A stretch of 64,000 nt of DNA from an uncultured Candidatus Rokubacteria bacterium (lineage in GTDB: Bacteria > Methylomirabilota > Methylomirabilia > Rokubacteriales > DASRDR01): contig CAVPSB010000013.1 of the NCBI GenBank assembly GCA_963708025.1, positions 64,001-128,000 of the forward strand, read 5' to 3'. The position numbers were made by a program, and so were the translations under genes. Numbering within the stretch: position 1 is the first letter of the stretch; the number at the start of each line of letters is the position of its first letter. The notes below the pieces were generated by a model. The model saw only the letters and a list, made by a program, of their open reading frames with translations, had not been told where the DNA came from and made no database searches. Shown piece after piece: positions 58,936 to 64,000 of this stretch.

Positions 58936-61260
58936 CTACGTTCGGGCCCCGGGCTGGCTCGCGACGATCGCCATGGCGATCCGCTCCGGCGTGAGGGGCG
59001 CCTCGGTGATCCGCACCCCGATCGCGTCCCGGACCGCGTTGGCGATGGCGGCCGGCGCCGGCACGATCGGCGGCTCGCCGACACCGCGGGCCCCGAAGGG
59101 GCCGGCGGGCGCGGGGACCTCCACGATGATCGTCTCGATGGGGGGGACGTCGGCCGCCGTCAGCTTGCGGTAGTCGAGCAGGCTCGGGTTCGTGAGGTGA
59201 CCGCTCTCGTCGAACTGGAGCTGCTCCGTCAGGGCGAAGCCGAGGCTCTGGACGGCGCCTCCCTGCATCTGGCCCTCCACGCCGAGGGGGTTGATCGCCC
59301 GGCCGGCATCCTGGGCGACCACGAAGCCGTGCAGGGTGACCTCGCCCGTCTCCGGGTCCACCTCGATCCGCGCCAGCTCGGCCGCGAAGGCGGGCGCCTG
59401 GATCGAGAAGGCCAGGTGGCTCACGCCGAGCACCGGCGGAACCTTCGACATGTAGAGGTTGCCCTTCTTGCCGATCTGGGCCAGCGTGATGAAGCGGCTG
59501 GGCACGCCCCGGACCGCCACCCGCCCGTCCTCGATCTCGAGGTCGTGCACCGACGCCTCGAGCTCGCCGGCGGCGATCTCCAGCGTCTGACGGCGAGCGT
59601 CCTCGGCCGCCCCCAGCACCGCGGCGCCGACCGTGTAGATGGTCTTGCTCCCCGCCGAGAGCCCGGTGACCGGGGCGCTGTCGGTGTCGCCGGTGGTGAT
59701 CCGGACCTGGTCGACGTCGACGCCGTAGGCGGAGGCGGCGATCTGGGCCAGCGCGATGTTGGTGCCGGCGATGTCCACCTGCCCCGTGAGCACGCTGAGC
59801 GAGCCGTCGGGATTGAGGCGGACCGTGGCGCCGGTCGGCTGGAGCCCCGGGATCCAGCCACCCAGGGCCAGGCCGGTCCCGCGCCGCCCGCGCCCGTTGC
59901 CGCCGCTGGCCGCCCACTCCGCACGGGTCTTCCAGAAGGGATGCTCGGCGAGGCGCTGCAGCACCTCCCGCGCCCCGTTGCTCTGCCAGGGCTGGCCGTT
60001 GGCCATCGGGTCGCCTTCCTGCACCAGGTGGCGCAGGCGGAACTCGACGGGATCGAGGCCCAGCCCGCGGGCGATCTCCTCCATCTGCGAGTCCAGGGCG
60101 AAGAAGGTCTGGGGGGCGGTCGGCGCCCGGTAGGCGGCGACGCTCGGCTTGTGCGTGAGCACCTCGAAGCCGTGGATGTCGAAGCTCGGCCACTTGTACA
60201 GGCTGCCGAGGAACACGGCGCTCATCGTGAGGACGGTGCCCGAGATGGCGCCCGAGTCCAGGATCGTCTCCGCCTCCAGCGCCATGAGACTGCCGTCCCG
60301 CTTGACGCCGGTCTTGAGCCGGATGATGACCTGGGGGGCCGGCATGCCCGCCTGGAGCTCCTCGCGCCGCGTCATCACGTAGCGGACCGGTCGGCCGGTG
60401 GCGCGGGCCAGCAGGGCGGTGATCGGCTCGCAGAGCGCCCGGATCTTGCCTCCGAAGCCGCCACCGCACTCCACCGGGATCACCCGGATCCGGTTCTCCG
60501 GGATCCCGAGGACGTCGGCGACCTCCGAGCGCGTGTTGAACGAGCCCTGCGTGCTGGCCCAGAGGGTGAGCAGCCCGCTGCTGTCCCACTGGGCGAGGAC
60601 GGCGTGCGGCTCGAGGTAGCCCTGGTGGACCATGGGGACGCGGTAGGTGCGCTCGATCACCAGGTCGGACTCGGCGAAGCCTTTCGCCACGTCGCCCCGG
60701 GAGAGGTGTGATTGCTGGGCCACGTTGACGGCGCGGGCGGGGCCGGCCTCGGTCTTGGCGGCCGCCACCCCCGAGTGAGCGAGCGCCTCGCTCGTGTCCG
60801 CCTCGGTCCCGGCGTCGGCCACCGGCGGGGCGCCGGGCCGCATCGACAGGAGCGGATCGACGGCGACCGGCAGCACCTCGTACTGGACCTCGATGAGATC
60901 CAGCGCCTCCTCGGCGATCGCCGGCTCGTCGGCGGCGACGGCCGCCACCGGCTGCCCGGCGAAGACGGCGCGGTCGATGGCCAGCACGGCGTGGGCGCGG
61001 GTCGGCGGCTTGCGCTTCAGCTCGGGGATGTCCGCCGCGGTGAGGACGGCCCGCACGCCGGGCAGGGCGCGCGCCCGGCTGGTGTCGATGCGGACGATCC
61101 GGGCGTGGGCGTGGGGGCTGCGGAGGAGCTTCGCGTGGAGCAGGCCGCGGGGCTTGATGTCCGCCACGTACTGCGTCTGGCCGGTCACCTTCTCGGGCCC
61201 GTCCGGCCGCGGGATGGACAGCCCGACACCCTTGACCTCGCGCGTGGTCTTCATGGCCAT
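58936..61260 (-). CDS. Xanthine dehydrogenase-family molybdopterin-binding (large) subunit
   Basis: RPDGPEKVTG, LRSPHAHA, HQGYLEPH, GGGFGGK, AYRAP, GQMQGG and GARGVGEPP. Confidence 0.93.
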   Translation of the reverse strand: MAMKTTREVKGVGLSIPRPDGPEKVTGQTQYVADIKPRGLLHAKLLRSPHAHARIVRIDTSRARALPGVRAVLTAADIPELKRKPPTRAHAVLAIDRAVFAGQPVAAVAADEPAIAEEALDLIEVQYEVLPVAVDPLLSMRPGAPPVADAGTEADTSEALAHSGVAAAKTEAGPARAVNVAQQSHLSRGDVAKGFAESDLVIERTYRVPMVHQGYLEPHAVLAQWDSSGLLTLWASTQGSFNTRSEVADVLGIPENRIRVIPVECGGGFGGKIRALCEPITALLARATGRPVRYVMTRREELQAGMPAPQVIIRLKTGVKRDGSLMALEAETILDSGAISGTVLTMSAVFLGSLYKWPSFDIHGFEVLTHKPSVAAYRAPTAPQTFFALDSQMEEIARGLGLDPVEFRLRHLVQEGDPMANGQPWQSNGAREVLQRLAEHPFWKTRAEWAASGGNGRGRRGTGLALGGWIPGLQPTGATVRLNPDGSLSVLTGQVDIAGTNIALAQIAASAYGVDVDQVRITTGDTDSAPVTGLSAGSKTIYTVGAAVLGAAEDARRQTLEIAAGELEASVHDLEIEDGRVAVRGVPSRFITLAQIGKKGNLYMSKVPPVLGVSHLAFSIQAPAFAAELARIEVDPETGEVTLHGFVVAQDAGRAINPLGVEGQMQGGAVQSLGFALTEQLQFDESGHLTNPSLLDYRKLTAADVPPIETIIVEVPAPAGPFGARGVGEPPIVPAPAAIANAVRDAIGVRITEAPLTPERIAMAIVASQPGART

Positions 61261-61266
61261 GATGGC

Positions 61267-61749
61267 TCAGCTCCTCTGGATGGGCGCGGCGCCGGCGACC
61301 TCGCCGATGGCGTCCAGCATCTTGGTGTACCCGGTGCACCGGCAGAGGTTGCCGGCGATCCCGTAGCGAATCTCGTCCTGGGTGGGGCGCGGGTTCTCGG
61401 CCAGGAGGGCGGCGGCGGCCATCAGCACGCCCGGAATGCAGAAGCCGCACTGGGCCACGCCGTGGCGGACGAAGGCGTCCTGCAGCGGGTTCAGCGCGCC
61501 GGCCCGCGCCATCCCCTCGATGGTCCGGACCGAGCGGCCTCGGGCCTGGAGCGCCAGCACCAGGCAGCTCGCCACCGGCTTCCCGTCGAGGTGGATCGTG
61601 CAGGCACCGCAGTCGCCGGTGCCGCATCCTTCCTTGGGTCCGGTCAGGCCCAGCTCCTCGCGGAGGGCGTCCAGCAGGGTCTCGTAGGGCTGGACCAGCA
61701 CCTCGACCGGCTCGTCGTTCACCGTGCAGGACAAGATCCGCTTCGGCAC
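61267..61749 (-). CDS. Xanthine dehydrogenase-family [2Fe-2S] (small) subunit
   Basis: KEGCGTGDCGACT, SCL, QCGFCIPG and GNLCRCTGY; GTG start after AGGAGG. Confidence 0.95.
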   Translation of the reverse strand: MPKRILSCTVNDEPVEVLVQPYETLLDALREELGLTGPKEGCGTGDCGACTIHLDGKPVASCLVLALQARGRSVRTIEGMARAGALNPLQDAFVRHGVAQCGFCIPGVLMAAAALLAENPRPTQDEIRYGIAGNLCRCTGYTKMLDAIGEVAGAAPIQRS

Positions 61750-61770
61750 GTGGCGATTCCTCCTGTTTGT

Positions 61771-61850
61771 AACCTCCCGCCACCCCCCCAACCCCCCCTC
61801 CCCACCCATGGACGGCCTTCGGCCTGTGGCCGGGGGAGGGGGGACTTCGG
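61771..61850 (-). repeat. Copy of the G-rich repeat with an internal GGCC-TTC-GGCC hairpin insert
   Basis: ACCTCCCGCCACCCCCCCAACCCCCCCTCCCCACCCA-TGGACGGCCTTCGGCCTGTGG-CCGGGGGAGGGGGGA. Confidence 0.78.
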
Positions 61851-61890
61851 TCGGGTGTTCGGTCGTCGCTCCGTGACTGGCTCAGGGTGA

Positions 61891-62758
61891 TCAGGCGCCC
61901 GCGCGCTCGAGCGCGCGGGTCAGCGTGCGCCGAGTCAGGACCCGGACCAGGTGACGGCGGAAGTCCGCCGAGCCGCGCTGGTCGCTGATGGGCCGGGCCG
62001 CGTTCGACGGCCAGCGCCGCCGCCTGCTCGATCCGCTCCGGCGTCACGGGCTGCCCTTCCAGCGACTGCTCGGCGGCCGTCGCGCGGACCGGGGTCGGCG
62101 CCACCGCCGCCAGCGCGATCCGCGCCCTGGCGCACACGCCGTCCCGGAGCGTGAGCTGCGAGGCCACCCCGACCACGGCGATGTCGAGCTCGCGCCGCGG
62201 GGTATGGCGGAGGTAGTGCCCCCCGCTCCGCGGCCCGGGGCTGGGCACGACGATCTCGACCAGCAGCTCGTCCGGAGCGAGCACGGTGCGCCGCACGCCG
62301 GTGAAGAACGTGGCGAGCGGGACCCGACGGGTCCCCCGGGGGCCCGCGATCACCGCCTCGGCGTCCAGGGCCACGAGCGGCGGCGCCATGTCGGCCGAGG
62401 GCGCGGCATTGCAGAGGTTGCCGCCCACGGTGGCCAGGTTCCGGATCTGGACGGACCCGACCAGGGCGGCGCTCTCGGCCAGCGCCGGATACCGGGTCCG
62501 GACGCCGGGGTCCCGCTCGAGCGCCCGGGCGGTGACCGAGGCCCCGACCCTCAGGTCCCCGCCGTCGGTCTGCTGCAGGCTCTGCAGCGGAGCCACCCCG
62601 GACAGGTCGACCACACACGCCGGCTTCAGCAGGCCGTTCTTGAGCTGGGGCAGCAGGTCCGTCCCTCCCGCCACCAGCTTCGCTTCGGGTCCGCGCTCGG
62701 TCAGCACGCGGACGCACTCGTCCACGCTCCCGGGCAGCTCGAGATCGAATCGTCGCAC
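61891..62758 (-). CDS. Xanthine dehydrogenase-family FAD-binding (medium) subunit (frameshift near 62005)
   Basis: AGGTDL, GSVQIRNLATVGGNLCNAAPSAD and DIAVVGVA. The C-terminus RPISDQRGSADFRRHL...RALERAGA* is in a second frame. Confidence 0.92.
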
Positions 62759-62838
62759 GCGTCCTCCTCAGGGTTGCCGGCTTACTCGAGGCCCGCCGAC
62801 CACAGGCACGACGGCGTCGTAGCGCTTCGTTCCCGCGC

Positions 62839-63972
62839 TCATCCGCCGTCGCCCATGGCCGCGCGGTAGTACCGGGTGAAATACTGGGGGCCGGCCTCCT
62901 GCCCGACGTGCACGCCCTGGACGTGGGCCCGGGACCGGTTGCCACGCTGGGCCAGCTCGCACACGTGCCAGTCCTGGCGGTTCGTCAGGTCCCAGAACTC
63001 GACCGCGTCGCCGGGATCGAAGCCCTCGGCGGCCATCGTCTCCCGCGCGAACAGCCACTCGCAGACGATCCGCGTCCGGTCCGGTCCCGCCGGCCACAGG
63101 GTGTGGGTCAGGACGTAGTCCGGAAAGAAGCTCAGGAGGAAGTTCGGGTAGACGGTGTTGTAATAGACTCGCCGGTGGTCCTCGGGGGTCAGCCCCGGCA
63201 GCGCCGGCCGGCGCGCCGTCCCCTGGACCGTCAGCGTGGCGAAGTCGTCGGCCAGGTCCATCCAGGCGCCGCCGCGCCAGGCCCGCTCGCCCTCCAGGCG
63301 CGCGGCACCGCCGCCGAGGTAGGGCGTCCCGCGGTTCAGCGCCGGGTGGATCAGCGGACAGTGGTAGCACTCGCCGAAATTCTCGACCAGGAGCTTCCAG
63401 TTGGCGGCCACGTCGTACTCGATCCGGTGCGCGCGGCGCAACGCCGGGAGGTCGTAGCGGGCGTAGTAGGTCCAGAGCCCGCCCAGCTCCACCGCGAGGG
63501 GCGGCGGGTCCGTCGCCAGGTTGAGCCACACGAACCCGCCCCACGACGCGGTGTGGACGGGGTACAGGGGGTAGTCGGCCTTCTGGAAGTCCGGCATCCG
63601 CACCATGTACCGCGTCCCCTGGAGCCGGCCGTCGAAGCCGTAGGTCCAGCCGTGGTAGGGGCAGGTGATCCCGTGGCGGGGAAACCGGCCGCTGGCCGCT
63701 TCGCAGAGCACGGTCCCGCGGTGCCGGCACACGTTGTAGAAGGCGCGGACGTCGCCGGTCCGGTCGCGCACGACGATCACGCTCTCGCCGGCCACGTCGC
63801 GCAGCGCGTAGTCTCCCGGCTCCGGCCACTCCTCCTCGCGCCCGGCGCACAGCCACTTCGCGTAGAAGAAGCGCTCCCGCTCCCGCTCGTAGACGGCGGG
63901 GTCCACGTAGTCCCGGCTCGGGAGGCTCGGGGTCGGCCGCCCGAGCACGCGCACGGCGAGGGCCCGGGCCAC
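62839..63972 (-). CDS. Rieske non-heme iron oxygenase alpha subunit (GbcA/choline monooxygenase-like); start may lie beyond the window
   Basis: Rieske CRH...CPYH; ENFGECYHCPLIHP (Fe ligands); EFWDLTNRQDWHVCE. Confidence 0.92.
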   Translation of the reverse strand: MARALAVRVLGRPTPSLPSRDYVDPAVYERERERFFYAKWLCAGREEEWPEPGDYALRDVAGESVIVVRDRTGDVRAFYNVCRHRGTVLCEAASGRFPRHGITCPYHGWTYGFDGRLQGTRYMVRMPDFQKADYPLYPVHTASWGGFVWLNLATDPPPLAVELGGLWTYYARYDLPALRRAHRIEYDVAANWKLLVENFGECYHCPLIHPALNRGTPYLGGGAARLEGERAWRGGAWMDLADDFATLTVQGTARRPALPGLTPEDHRRVYYNTVYPNFLLSFFPDYVLTHTLWPAGPDRTRIVCEWLFARETMAAEGFDPGDAVEFWDLTNRQDWHVCELAQRGNRSRAHVQGVHVGQEAGPQYFTRYYRAAMGDGG

Positions 63973-64000
63973 CGGGGCGCCGCCCTCCGGATCGTCGACG

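Noticed and set aside
22370-62005. Programmed ribosomal frameshifting as the cause of the split genes
   Set aside because: The indels are scattered over unrelated housekeeping-type genes with no shared slippery motif. Sequencing or assembly error is more parsimonious.
58040-62758. 1572-aa giant FAD protein
   Set aside because: An artefact of a frameshift near 62005. The true C-terminus ends at 61891, and the small and large subunit genes lie in other frames.
58936-62758. Aerobic CO dehydrogenase (coxMSL)
   Set aside because: The large subunit lacks the AYxCSFR motif, and no coxDEFG genes are adjacent.

Overview
This is a very GC-rich bacterial chromosomal window. Its gene content (two zinc-ribbon/cyclase/ATPase/TPR proteins and two LIV-type ABC operons) resembles Candidatus Rokubacteria-like genomes, but that assignment is inference. 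Many single-base indels split otherwise intact genes, which fits a long-read metagenome assembly. Left to right it carries: an alpha-glucan cluster (two GH57, glgC, treZ) and an RRM protein; a LIV-type ABC operon with DUF1015; a collagen-like gene; an ECF sigma/zinc anti-sigma operon divergent from an ICMT/PEMT gene and a cyclase-ICMT fusion; a STAND-type cyclase; a sigma54/NtrC/ANTAR-controlled remnant locus; an LLM/LIV/Rid operon; pgi; a complete ureABCEFGD operon behind a urtE remnant; a LacI-regulated GH127/GH31/SBP locus interrupted by an AbiEii-like gene pair; DUF4242 with a second STAND cyclase; and a Rieske/molybdo-hydroxylase/MaoC operon. No rRNA, tRNA or CRISPR array was recognised. 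The most notable unexplained signals are: back-to-back TGAAAC-N16-CGTA ECF promoters driving the cyclase-ICMT fusion; a complete NtrC-sigma54-ANTAR attenuator in front of a pseudo-receiver ANTAR gene; a G-rich intergenic repeat (8 copies) always on the sense strand and ending in a Shine-Dalgarno; a candidate AbiEii/MenT-like toxin-antitoxin pair; and a 93-bp CTAG-flanked MITE. Family assignments come from motif recognition by eye, not database searches.
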